Positions 54,501 to 64,000 of a stretch of DNA of 64,000 nt are shown piece by piece. Positions within the stretch are counted from its first letter, which is position 1. Each line of letters begins with the position of its first letter. Source of the stretch: an uncultured bacterium (GTDB lineage: Bacteria; Zixibacteria; MSB-5A5; CAIYYT01). A program made the translations under genes and the position numbers. Below the pieces are notes generated by a model, which was not told the origin of the DNA, did no database searches, and worked only from the letters and a program-made list of their open reading frames with translations. The stretch is taken from assembly GCA_963726455.1 (NCBI GenBank), contig CAVSCK010000002.1:1-64000 (forward strand), in the 5' to 3' direction.

Positions 54501-56793
54501 CTTCACGGAGCCGGAGAAGGCACGCGCCGGTTATCAGAGTGTATTTGACGAGGGCACGGTACTCGATTATCCACTGGAGATTCGCCATCGCGACGGGCAT
54601 CTGACTCCCGTGCTATATAATGCGACCGTATTTCGAGACGAAGATGGCAAAGTCGAGGGAGTCTTTGCGGCGGCGCGTGATATTTCCGAGCGCAAACTAG
54701 CGGAGCGGCAAATCCTGCACGATGCATCGTTCCCGCTATTCAACCCAAGTCCGATCGTGGAACTTGATTTCTCGCGCAATATCACCTTCCGAAATCCGGC
54801 GGCAGATCACTTACTGGACGAATTTGGTTTCATGGATGCCAAGGTCTTCTTCCCGGAGGATATCGGCGAAGTGCTAAACCAGGTTGGACCGGATATGCTT
54901 GAACCTATCGATCGTACGGTGAAAATTGGGGACCGAATCATTTCGGAACGCATAATCTACGCCCCGGGATTTGATACGGTGCGCATCTATGGCCGAGATG
55001 TGACCGAGCAGAAGATGGCCGAAGCCAGGGCTTCCTACTTCATGCGGCTATACGCTACGCTGAGTGAGGTGAACCAGACTATTGTGCATGTCAAGAGCGA
55101 AGACCAGCTGTTCCGTGAGATCTGCGATGTTGCAGTCCGACACGGCAAGTTCCGGATGGCCTGGATCGGAGTGGCCGATGAAGCGACAATGAGAGTACGT
55201 GCTGTAGCATCGAGCGGGTTTGACGACGGGTATCTCGAGAAGATTCTGGTCACCGTAAGCGGCTCCGAGCAGACCGGGAATGGTCCGACGGGCACGGCTT
55301 TACGCGAAGGCAAGCTGGTCATTTGCGACGATATCGAGAATGAACCAAGCATGGCGCCCTGGCGGGAGGATGCGCTACGACGCGGGTATCGGTCCTCAGC
55401 GGCTGTTCCGGTGAAGCTCAAGGGAGTCCCGATTGCGGTTTTCACGATGTATGCTTCCGAAACCGGATTCTTTACGGCAGGCGAAACCAGTCTGTTGGCC
55501 GAAATCGGCGATGATATTTCGTTTGCCCTCGATTGGCTGGAACGCGAACGAGAGCGTCATGCCGCAATTCAGGCCCTGGAGGAGAGTGAGGAAAAGTATC
55601 GAACTCTGATCAACAATATTCCTGATGTTACCTGGACAGCAGATGGTCAGGGACGGACCACCTTCATCAGTCAGAACGTAAAGGACGTCTTTGGATTTAC
55701 GGCCGAAGAGATCTATGAGGGTGGACCCGATTTGTGGTTCGGCAGAATCCATCCGGACGACAAGCAGGGAGTGGAGGCGTCGTTCCAGCACCTGGTCGAG
55801 ACCGGAAAGTCGTTTGATGTCGAATACCGGATTCAGCGCAAGGACGGCAAATGGATTTGGTTGCACGATCGTGGCCTGCGTTCTCACGGCGAGCAGGGTG
55901 AAATTCGTGTCGATGGAGTCTTTGCGGACATCACTGCTCACCGAATGACCGAGGACATGCTGGCCGAGCAACGAAAGCTGCTGGACGCCTTCTTCGAAAA
56001 CGCACTGACCTGCAATGTGATTCTGGATCGCCAATTCAATTTCGTGCGCGTCAACAACATGTATGCCAAGGCCTGCCAGAAGGATAAAGAAGACTTTCAG
56101 GGGCACAACCATTTTGAATTCTTCCCATCGGACGCGCTCGGCATTTTCCAGGACGTAATAAATACAAAGAAGCCATTCGAGGTTGTTGCCCGGCCGTTTG
56201 TCTTTCCTGATGATCCAGATTCCAAAGTTACTTACTGGGACTGGTCACTGCTTCCGCTTCTCAACGACTCGGGCGAAATTGACAAGTTGTTCTTCACCTT
56301 GAATGACGTCACGGAACGGCGGTTGGCCGAGATCCAGCTCGAGGACATCAACCAGCAACTTGCCGGCGAGCGCGAGGAACTGGAACGCAAGAACATCGCT
56401 ATGCGCGAGGTGTTGGCCAGAATCGACGAGGAGAAGAACAATCTCAAGAGACAGTTCGCTGTTAATGTGGAGATGGCGCTGATGCCTTCACTGGAACGGT
56501 TGGAAAAGTCTGCCTCTCCGACGATGCGTAAGAGCTTTGAGATACTCAAACGTGATTTGAAGGAAGTGACCTCTCCATTCCTGTCGGCTCTCAAGAGCCA
56601 GTTCGAGAGTCTGTCACCACGCGAACTAGAGATTTGCCGGATGATTAAGTCTGGCATGTCCTCGAAGGAAATTGCCGAGGCGCTCGGACTTTCGCCGATG
56701 ACTGTGCAGAAGTACCGCGAACTGATTCGCCGCAAGCTGGGACTGACTAACGCAGACGTGAACTTGAATACTTATCTGCAGTCGATGTCGTAG
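51563..56793 (+). CDS. giant REC-multi-PAS-GAF-LuxR transcriptional regulator, frameshift near 52020
   Basis: Receiver-like N-terminus; repeated PAS/PAC (DITER), two GAF domains, C-terminal LSPRELEIC..IKSGMSSKEIA...RRKLG. Confidence 0.9.
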
Positions 56794-56847
56794 CTGACGT
56801 TGCGTTTGATTGCCAGAACATGCGGACAGGTTGTTCCGAGTAAGAAA

Positions 56848-57837
56848 TCAGTTGGCCTGATAGACAAGTATCGCCGCAGGTGTGTCGCCATGTCGGGGTG
56901 CCGCAACATAGAGTCGCGCCGTTTCAGGATCAAAGCAACTTGTACGCGCACCGGGAGAGGTCGTAATCTCAGCCAACATCCGCAGATGGCCGACAGAGTC
57001 CAAGTGGAGTACATCGACAAACCCTGCGCCGGTGGACACGTATACCAGTTCTCGCTTTGCGTCCAAATAGATGTCGTCCGGATCGCTAGCGATGTTCACG
57101 CTATCGATGGTCTTGCCGGTTTCGATATCGATAACTTCCAGCATTGATGGCCGTCTATAACCAATGAGCAAATGGTGATGAGCAGCATCAAGATCCATGG
57201 GGAAATTCGAGTGGGCACTGTGATTGAGCCAGGCGGCTTGCTTGACGTGTGTCCCAAGATCGATCGCCTCAATCTCGTCGGCGTCAGGGACATTGACATA
57301 GGCGATGTCAGTGGCGCTATCTATCTGAAATGACTCGGGATGGCCGTCAAGGAGATCTTTGGCAAGCACATTGCCTGTGGCCGGATCCAATTCGGCAAGT
57401 GCGCCTTCTCCAAAGCCGACGACAACCGTCTTGTTGACAGGATTTAAGCGAATATTGTCGGCGTCGGACCCCAGATGGAATTCCGCGACTTCTGTGAAAG
57501 AATCGACAGAGAATGCCTTAACGTCGCCTGATCCTCCTTCGGTAACAAAGAGTCGATCAAGATCGGGTATGTATTGAACTCCCTGAGGTTCAAGAAGCCC
57601 GGCCAGGGAACGAGTGTCGGAGCCAGTCCGCAGGTCGATCACTTCGACAGTGCCATTCCCGAGAGCTGCAATATAGAGTCTGGCGTGTCGGGAGTCGCAG
57701 GCGAGGTGGTCTATCCGGCCGGATACGTTGGGCAATTCAATGCGCTGGACAAGCTTCAGGGGCGGTTCCGCCGCGGCGGATCTAACCGTGAATACCAGCC
57801 AACAAGCCGCTAATAACCGAAATATCGTAATACGCAC
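56848..57837 (-). CDS. secreted YncE-like beta-propeller protein
   Basis: Signal peptide; GRIDHL, EPQG, DADNIR, HPESF, NFPM, GART. Confidence 0.8.
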   Translation of the reverse strand: MRITIFRLLAACWLVFTVRSAAAEPPLKLVQRIELPNVSGRIDHLACDSRHARLYIAALGNGTVEVIDLRTGSDTRSLAGLLEPQGVQYIPDLDRLFVTEGGSGDVKAFSVDSFTEVAEFHLGSDADNIRLNPVNKTVVVGFGEGALAELDPATGNVLAKDLLDGHPESFQIDSATDIAYVNVPDADEIEAIDLGTHVKQAAWLNHSAHSNFPMDLDAAHHHLLIGYRRPSMLEVIDIETGKTIDSVNIASDPDDIYLDAKRELVYVSTGAGFVDVLHLDSVGHLRMLAEITTSPGARTSCFDPETARLYVAAPRHGDTPAAILVYQAN

Positions 57838-58023
57838 TCTGCCGGCTCCTAAGTCTGAGTTGACGCCCTGAATGATACGTGCACGGAAATGGTCTCCATA
57901 ATAGCCGAACGCCTGCGGCAAGCGATACCCGGACTTGACAGGTCAGGGAGATTCCGTATATTGTCCATGTCCTTACAACCTTTCGATCGTTCTTTGTGGC
58001 GGAATCCCCGCCAGGAGTCACTT

Positions 58024-59304
58024 ATGAAATACCTCTCCATTTTTTCGAGGATATGCACTTTGCGCTGCAATCGGTTTTTGTTGCCGTTACGCTCCGTGCC
58101 CGTCCTGTTCGTTGTCGCACTTCTTGTTCTCACCTGTCCGGCATACGCGACCTTCTCGATTGTCGCAGTGGACACGGTGACCGGAGCCATCGGCAGCGCC
58201 GGAGCTTCCTGTATTGCCGGCGCACAGATCATCCACGACGTCGTCGAAGGCATCGGCGCAATCAATACGCAAGCGTACTATTTGGCAGCCAATCAGGCAC
58301 GCGCGGATTCCCTCTTGCGCGCGGGACTTACTCCCGATTCGATTCTGGCATATCTCTTTGAACACGATGTTCAAAATGATCCGTCAATCCGTCAATACGG
58401 AGTAGTGACGCTGGCAGGGCCGGGACGTTCGGCGGGTTATACAGGAGACAATACCGACGCTTACAAAGGCCATCGGACGGGGCCGGGCTATTCAATTCAG
58501 GGAAATATCCTGCTAGGAGCCCAGGTTTTGGACACGATGCGATATGCCTTTCTCAATACGCCCGGACCGCTGGAGGACAAACTCATGGCGGTTCTGGAGG
58601 CCGCGGATATACCGGGCGCAGACACGCGCTGCCTATCGTGCAACAAGCCGGCAATTTCGGCTTTCATTAAGGTTGTACATCCGGGAGACGGGGCTACGCC
58701 GTACCTGTACACGTATGTCCAGAACACCAATTGCCCAATCGACCCGATTCCTCTTCTGCGCGTTCAATATGATGCCTGGAAAGCTCTGCAGCGCGCCGAT
58801 GCCGACTCTTCGCGCTTGACGCTCACGCCGATTACGCTACCCGCAAACGGCGCAGCATCCGCAAGTTTGCTCGTCGAGCCGCTCAACAGCCAGGGACACG
58901 AGCTCTCAGGTAATGTGTCGGTATCTACATTCCACACTGGGGATGGGGCTTTTTCGCCGGCCACTGCTAACCCAGACGGGACGTTCTCGGTGGAAATACG
59001 ATCACCCCTTGCCAAAGGGCTCGATACGATTACCGTTACGATAGAAGCTGCCGGATACTTAACTACGGTCAACGAAAAGCCGATTCTGGCATATTTCGTT
59101 CCGGGAGATGCGGATGCCAGTGGCGCTATAGATATCTCCGATGCCGTCTGGCTGATTTCCTATATCTTTACGGGTGGCACGGCGCCAAATCCGATAGCGG
59201 CGGGAGATGCCAATTGCGACGGGTTCGTCGATATCTCGGATGCGGTGTATCTGATTGCATACATCTTCTCGGGTGGGGCCGCACCCTGCGCGGTCGGCAA
59301 GTAG
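58024..59304 (+). CDS. DUF1028 (Ntn-hydrolase-like) protein + Ig-like + dockerin-like C-terminus
   Basis: Signal ending AYA|TFSIVA, GAINTQA, RQYG, IQGNIL; two DISDAV.LI.YIF.GG.AP repeats. Confidence 0.87.
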   Translation: MKYLSIFSRICTLRCNRFLLPLRSVPVLFVVALLVLTCPAYATFSIVAVDTVTGAIGSAGASCIAGAQIIHDVVEGIGAINTQAYYLAANQARADSLLRAGLTPDSILAYLFEHDVQNDPSIRQYGVVTLAGPGRSAGYTGDNTDAYKGHRTGPGYSIQGNILLGAQVLDTMRYAFLNTPGPLEDKLMAVLEAADIPGADTRCLSCNKPAISAFIKVVHPGDGATPYLYTYVQNTNCPIDPIPLLRVQYDAWKALQRADADSSRLTLTPITLPANGAASASLLVEPLNSQGHELSGNVSVSTFHTGDGAFSPATANPDGTFSVEIRSPLAKGLDTITVTIEAAGYLTTVNEKPILAYFVPGDADASGAIDISDAVWLISYIFTGGTAPNPIAAGDANCDGFVDISDAVYLIAYIFSGGAAPCAVGK

Positions 59305-59691
59305 GGGCAACTAACGGTGAGTAAGAAAGGTGGTACTTTGCAGGCAGAAAACGCATTCGACTTGAGTTGAGATATATGTGAAAGTCGGTAGAGGGTAATT
59401 CCTCTTGTGAAATGAATCGAAATAGTCGCTACTAAACCGTAGTCGATGCGTAAAACCTAAGTGCGGGGCTAATTCGAATGGAACATGACGGCACAGCGTA
59501 ATCGATATACTGAACAATCGAGAAACATGAAGAAGGCGGGTTCGGTAAATTTCACCTGCCGGTATTGTCGCATCGAACAAATGTTGCGTTCATCGGTGCT
59601 GATGCGCAGAATCAAGCGCCGCGTGTCGATTCGACAAGCGAAGATGAAACACCATTTTTTGTAGCTTAGCTTTATAGAAGGGAGAAAGATC

Positions 59692-60426
59692 ATGCCTACG
59701 AAGGGAAGAGCGAAGAAGTCGGCAAAGGCCAAGAAGCCCGTTGCGAAAAAGAAACTGGTTGTTAAAGCGAAGAAGACAGCCAAGGCACCGATGAAGATGA
59801 AGGCGAAAGCGCCCGTCAAGAAAGTCAAACCGGTTGTCAAGGCCAAGCCCGCGAAGCCGGTTGATCTTAAGCTTCAAATCGAAGCGCTGGAAAACAAGAT
59901 CCTGGCAGAGAAGAAGAACTTGGTTGATCTGAGACGCAAGCTGAGACCTGAAGAAGTCAACGACTATGTTTTCCGGGGACATGATGGCGCCGAGGTTAAG
60001 TTGTCAGAAATGTTCGGCGGCCACGACGAATTGATTCTTGTGCACAACATGGGAAAGGCCTGTCCATACTGCACAATGTGGGCCGACGGCTTCGTTGGGT
60101 TGACCAAACACCTCAACGATCGCCTGGCATTCGTTGTCGTCTCCAAAGATGAAGTCGAAACGCAGCGGGAGTTCTATCAAAGCCGCGATTGGAATTTCGC
60201 CATGTATTCCAGTCATGATTGCACCTTCAACAAAGACCTTGGTTTCGAATCGGACGAGGGAGGGCAGTACCCGGGCGTATCGGCGTTCCACAAAGATGAG
60301 ATGGGAAAGATCTATCGGACGGGATATACTTATTTTGGCCCCGGGGATGATTTCTGCGCCGTTTGGCCAATGCTTGACTTATTGCCGGGAGGCGCCAAGG
60401 GCTGGGAGCCGAAGTTCGCTTACTAG
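59692..60426 (+). CDS. DUF899 (thioredoxin-like) protein with Lys/Ala-rich N-terminal tail
   Basis: LSEMFG...LILVHNMG..CPYCTMWADG, PGVSAF, LDLLP.G. Confidence 0.85.
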   Translation: MPTKGRAKKSAKAKKPVAKKKLVVKAKKTAKAPMKMKAKAPVKKVKPVVKAKPAKPVDLKLQIEALENKILAEKKNLVDLRRKLRPEEVNDYVFRGHDGAEVKLSEMFGGHDELILVHNMGKACPYCTMWADGFVGLTKHLNDRLAFVVVSKDEVETQREFYQSRDWNFAMYSSHDCTFNKDLGFESDEGGQYPGVSAFHKDEMGKIYRTGYTYFGPGDDFCAVWPMLDLLPGGAKGWEPKFAY

Positions 60427-60541
60427 CCGACAGTCGGATTCGGGATTCTGCTGACCGGCAAACAACGTTGACGAAACCGTGACGTGGTCGAAGAACGTAT
60501 CTAAGACGGATGCGGACTAACTTCCGCCAAAGGAGGTATAT

Positions 60542-61438
60542 ATGAAAACGCTTGTAATCGCCGGCACGGGGACGGTAGGCAGCCAAATTGTCTCACGGCT
60601 GGCCGAGCGAGGGTCAGAAGTCGTCGTCATGACACGCGAAGTGGAGAAGCAGGCCGCACTTGCTTCAGGCGTTGAAGGTTTGGTGGCTAATCTGGCTGAT
60701 CCGCCGTCATTACAGAAGGTCTTTGCCGGCGTCGACAGCGTCGTTCTAATCGTACCGGTGCACCCCGATGAAACCAAACATGGAGAATTTGCGGTTAGAG
60801 CCGCTAAGAAGGCAGGCGTCAAAAAGATCGTTTATATGTCAGTCTTCATGCCGCCCGGCTCGAATCTGATTCCGCACTTTGCCAGCAAGATTCCTGTTGA
60901 ACAGGCGATCAAACAGTCGGGGATGGCATACACAATCCTCCGCCCGAATAACTTCTTCCAGAATGATTTGGCTCTGAGAGATGCGATCCTCACTTATGGT
61001 GTCTACCCGCAGCCAATCGGGTTAATCGGGGTGAATCGCGTCGACGTCCGCGACATTGCGGATCTGGCCGTTCTATCTCTGACTGAACCGCGCCACGAAC
61101 GCAAGACATACAATGTTCATGGTCCGGACAAATTGACAGGAAAAGACGTTGCGCGGATCTACGGCCGCCACGTCGGTAGCGAGGTGAATTACTTCGGCGA
61201 TGATCTGGAATCCTGGGCCGAACAGGTGCAACAGATATTGCCGGCATGGATGGTGCATGATTTTCGCATCATGTATAAGTACTTTCAGGATCAGGGAATG
61301 CCTGCTGCGGAGGCGGATTTGGTCGAGTTGCAGAAAGCGCTGGGTCGGCCGCTCCGCAAGTTCGATGATTTTGTAAGTGAAACGGTGACGCTCTGGAAAG
61401 AGCAGGCGCGCGAATCAAAGCGCGAGTCAAGCCATTAA
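60542..61438 (+). CDS. NmrA-family NAD(P)-binding protein
   Basis: GTGTVG, HFASK, TILRPNNFFQN, VDVRDIA. Confidence 0.9.
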   Translation: MKTLVIAGTGTVGSQIVSRLAERGSEVVVMTREVEKQAALASGVEGLVANLADPPSLQKVFAGVDSVVLIVPVHPDETKHGEFAVRAAKKAGVKKIVYMSVFMPPGSNLIPHFASKIPVEQAIKQSGMAYTILRPNNFFQNDLALRDAILTYGVYPQPIGLIGVNRVDVRDIADLAVLSLTEPRHERKTYNVHGPDKLTGKDVARIYGRHVGSEVNYFGDDLESWAEQVQQILPAWMVHDFRIMYKYFQDQGMPAAEADLVELQKALGRPLRKFDDFVSETVTLWKEQARESKRESSH

Positions 61439-61760
61439 CTTGCGGGACCAACCAGCCAGGAGGAAGTAACAACAATAGTTTTCAGGAAGCGCAGAATTCT
61501 TCCGTGTAGCACGTGCACTCCAAAGAAAGTTCACTCGGACGGCGGTTCTGTACCTACTGGATCAATCCGATGGCCTTCGGCATTATGGTCCTTGCCGATC
61601 AGGGATGTCACTTCTCGACAATTTGGCTTGAAGAAGGGGACGATTCTTCTATCTTTGTAATCGGAAAGCAGAACTGACCTCGAAGACAATTTAGTCATGG
61701 TTGTGATGCATAACACCCGTTCCGTTACAAAGGCACTCTAATTGCAGAATCGGCAAGACC

Positions 61761-64000
61761 ATGCTACCAGCGCGATTTGAACTAATCCGACAAATCTCTT
61801 CAGGTGGCCTCTATGACACGTTCCTTGCGCTCGATCGCGTGACTTCACGCCAAGTGCTGGTTAAGCGACCGGCTGAGATATCCAATATCTCCATTGAAGA
61901 ACGAAATGCACTTCTGAGAAAGTCATATTCGATTCTCAAGCTCCTGAAACATCGTGGCATTGTGATGCCGTGCGCACTCGTCGAAGAAGGCGGCAGAAGC
62001 CACGTTGCCTATCCATATTATGATGAGCAACGATGGGTTTCCTTGTCGCCGGAGTTGTTCTTGGAGCACTATCGAACGCTGCTGGTGCAGATGTGCACGA
62101 TTCTTGATTTCGTGCACGCCATGGGCTTCGTACATAGCGATATCAAGAAGGCCAACTGGCTATGCCTCCGCCGTGAATCGGGCCTCCGGGTCTTGTTGAC
62201 GGATTTTGACTTTGCCGTTCGTAGCGGTTCGAAACCGAACCGGCGAATCTTCGGATCGCTGGGGTTCATGGCACCCGAAGTGCTGCGGGATGAGATCGTT
62301 TTGCCGCAGTCCGATCATTTTTCTTTCGGTCGCATGTTGTTTGAACTCGTATCGCACGCTACGCCTAAAGAAGAATTGTCGCTGCCAAATATCCTGACGT
62401 CCGGACTGGAAGAACAACAAATCACCGGTGATCAAGTTCGGGCCGGTTTTGAGCCACTAGTGCCATTCATAAATAAACTGCTCAAGAAGCATTACGAGGA
62501 TCGCCCCTCCAGTTTGGGAGTCCAGCTTCAGACCGAGCAATCCTTTCTCGGCGTACAGCTTTCGACTTATCAAAACCGTTTGATTCAGGACGTTGTTGCT
62601 GCGCATTTGCGGCGCCGACGCCAGGAAGAGGAAGCGGCTGAGGAATCTCTTGAACGTTATCTACCTCGCGAAGCCGGAATCTTTGGCATTCCGAGCGAAT
62701 TACTTCTCGACCTTTTCAACCTGGCTGAAATGAACTTCTTTGGAAAGGCCAGGATTTTCGCCGGCTGGCTGGCTGACTCGGCCGTCAATCGTCACGGTTC
62801 TTGCTGGCATGTGGAGATCACTGTTCGCCTGGTCGGAGACTTCTATCGCAGATTCAAAATTCTTGGCGAACCTACCGTTGACCCGGCTAATGGTGTTGAG
62901 CAATGGAAGCGAATCCGCCGGGCGCTGCGCTTCAAGGTAAAGAATCAATTCCTCAAGGCCGCGGCGCTGCTGAGTCCGATCGTGCAAGCCGTCAGAATGT
63001 CGGATTCTGTTGCTAGTCGCAAGTTGCTCGCCCAGTTGCTACTGAAGATGGGTGAGTCTCTGCAATTCGCCAATATGCGAGCCGAGGGAAAGAAATGTTT
63101 TCGAGAGGCATGGGAACTTGGAGAGCTTTCAGATTTGCGCCGGATTCGATTGATGCTCGAAGAAGCCGATTTGGAGTCGTTCAGTCACGGCGGTATGTCA
63201 TATCGGAAAGTGCTCATGCAGGCCTATGCGCTGGCACAAAGACGGGAACGTTCTGATTTGCGGGCCTGTGTCCTGATTCGGCAGATCTGGCTGGACCATA
63301 CGGAAGGACGTCAATACGTGGCACTGCAAAGGGCCAAGACACTTGAGAGATTCTGCGCCAGACACAACCTTTATACCCGACGAGCATCCGCACTCTCCGG
63401 TATGGGCAGTATCTACTGGATATTGGGAAGATTGCAGGACGCCGTCGACGTCTTCCAAGAGGGTTTGCGCGCGAACCCGGAACAAGTGAGCAGAGGAGTC
63501 AGGAATATTCTTGCCGCCAATCTTGGAGCGCTGCAGCACGATCTGGGCGATTATCGGAAGGTGGTAAACACGCTTCTCCCATTCACACGGCAGAGTCTTT
63601 CAATCAACGAGGTGCAGTACAGGTCACAAGCTCTCGCCAACATTCAGGCAGCATACGCATTCCAAGGAAAGTACGACTTGGCTGAGGACATGTCGAATCA
63701 GGAGTTTTGGCTACCTTCCCAGCGGAGTGACTTGGGAGGTATCGGCCGGTATTACATTGGGCGAGGTTCAACGCTGTTGAGAGCGGGCAGATATCATGAT
63801 GCGGAGTCTAATCTTCGGCAATCTGTGGAATTGTTGTCTTCACTGTCAAACACGGCGTTGCTGGGCCGCGCTGAGATGTACCTGGCGACGCTGCGCACCT
63901 GGCAGGGTCACTATGAAGTCGCCAGACAACATCTGTCTTCGGCGCGGACATTGATCAACTTGAACAGTGACAAGCTTCATTCGCTAGACCTGGATATTCT
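61761..64000 (+). CDS. Hanks-type Ser/Thr kinase with TPR-like repeats, runs off the window
   Basis: Hand translation from ATG 61761: ISSGG, VLVKR, VHSDIKKAN, TDFDFA, GSLGFMAPE, SDHFSFG; absent from the ORF track, consistent with no in-frame stop before 64000. Confidence 0.85.
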   Translation, partial: MLPARFELIRQISSGGLYDTFLALDRVTSRQVLVKRPAEISNISIEERNALLRKSYSILKLLKHRGIVMPCALVEEGGRSHVAYPYYDEQRWVSLSPELFLEHYRTLLVQMCTILDFVHAMGFVHSDIKKANWLCLRRESGLRVLLTDFDFAVRSGSKPNRRIFGSLGFMAPEVLRDEIVLPQSDHFSFGRMLFELVSHATPKEELSLPNILTSGLEEQQITGDQVRAGFEPLVPFINKLLKKHYEDRPSSLGVQLQTEQSFLGVQLSTYQNRLIQDVVAAHLRRRRQEEEAAEESLERYLPREAGIFGIPSELLLDLFNLAEMNFFGKARIFAGWLADSAVNRHGSCWHVEITVRLVGDFYRRFKILGEPTVDPANGVEQWKRIRRALRFKVKNQFLKAAALLSPIVQAVRMSDSVASRKLLAQLLLKMGESLQFANMRAEGKKCFREAWELGELSDLRRIRLMLEEADLESFSHGGMSYRKVLMQAYALAQRRERSDLRACVLIRQIWLDHTEGRQYVALQRAKTLERFCARHNLYTRRASALSGMGSIYWILGRLQDAVDVFQEGLRANPEQVSRGVRNILAANLGALQHDLGDYRKVVNTLLPFTRQSLSINEVQYRSQALANIQAAYAFQGKYDLAEDMSNQEFWLPSQRSDLGGIGRYYIGRGSTLLRAGRYHDAESNLRQSVELLSSLSNTALLGRAEMYLATLRTWQGHYEVARQHLSSARTLINLNSDKLHSLDLDI

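Overview
Bacterial chromosome segment, probably from an FCB-group candidate lineage such as Zixibacteria. This is an inference from the repeated C-terminal 'GDANxDGxVDISDAVYLIxYIFxGGPAP' dockerin-like tags, a T9SS/FlgD-type C-terminal domain and a GGGP synthase. The first 28 kb is mostly housekeeping: tRNA-Asp/Val/Ser, gmhA, GGGP synthase, alaS, recX, recA-thpR-cinA-pgpA-pgsA, an ECF/anti-sigma pair, yhaM, ispG-ispH-lipA and tadA. It also holds a sigma-54 PEP-CTERM gene, two DUF4328 paralogues, a REP-associated tyrosine transposase followed by an 8-unit array of 82-bp repeats, and further REP/MITE-like families. Many core genes carry small indels that look like long-read errors. After tRNA-Ser (about 27.9-43.7 kb) lies an accessory block encoding an ECF sigma, a double zinc-finger anti-sigma and a signal-peptide-bearing TPR-CHAT (caspase-like) protease. 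The block also encodes secreted or surface proteins: an FBA-lectin-like lipoprotein, an S74-autochaperone fibre with a small dockerin partner, dockerin and beta-propeller proteins, and a 10x FN3 lipoprotein. The best candidate for an undescribed system is this block: a bipartite motif (T/C)GTCAC-N18-ACAAT recurs six times with fixed spacing in front of its genes, suggesting a local protease-triggered ECF regulon. The rest of the window holds a radical SAM gene, a NarL regulator, GT2/deacetylase, RibD-like, MATE, spoVG with a long structured leader, a giant REC-PAS-GAF-LuxR regulator, YncE-like, DUF1028-dockerin, DUF899, NmrA and a Ser/Thr kinase-TPR gene running off the end. All family assignments come from motif recognition, not database searches.
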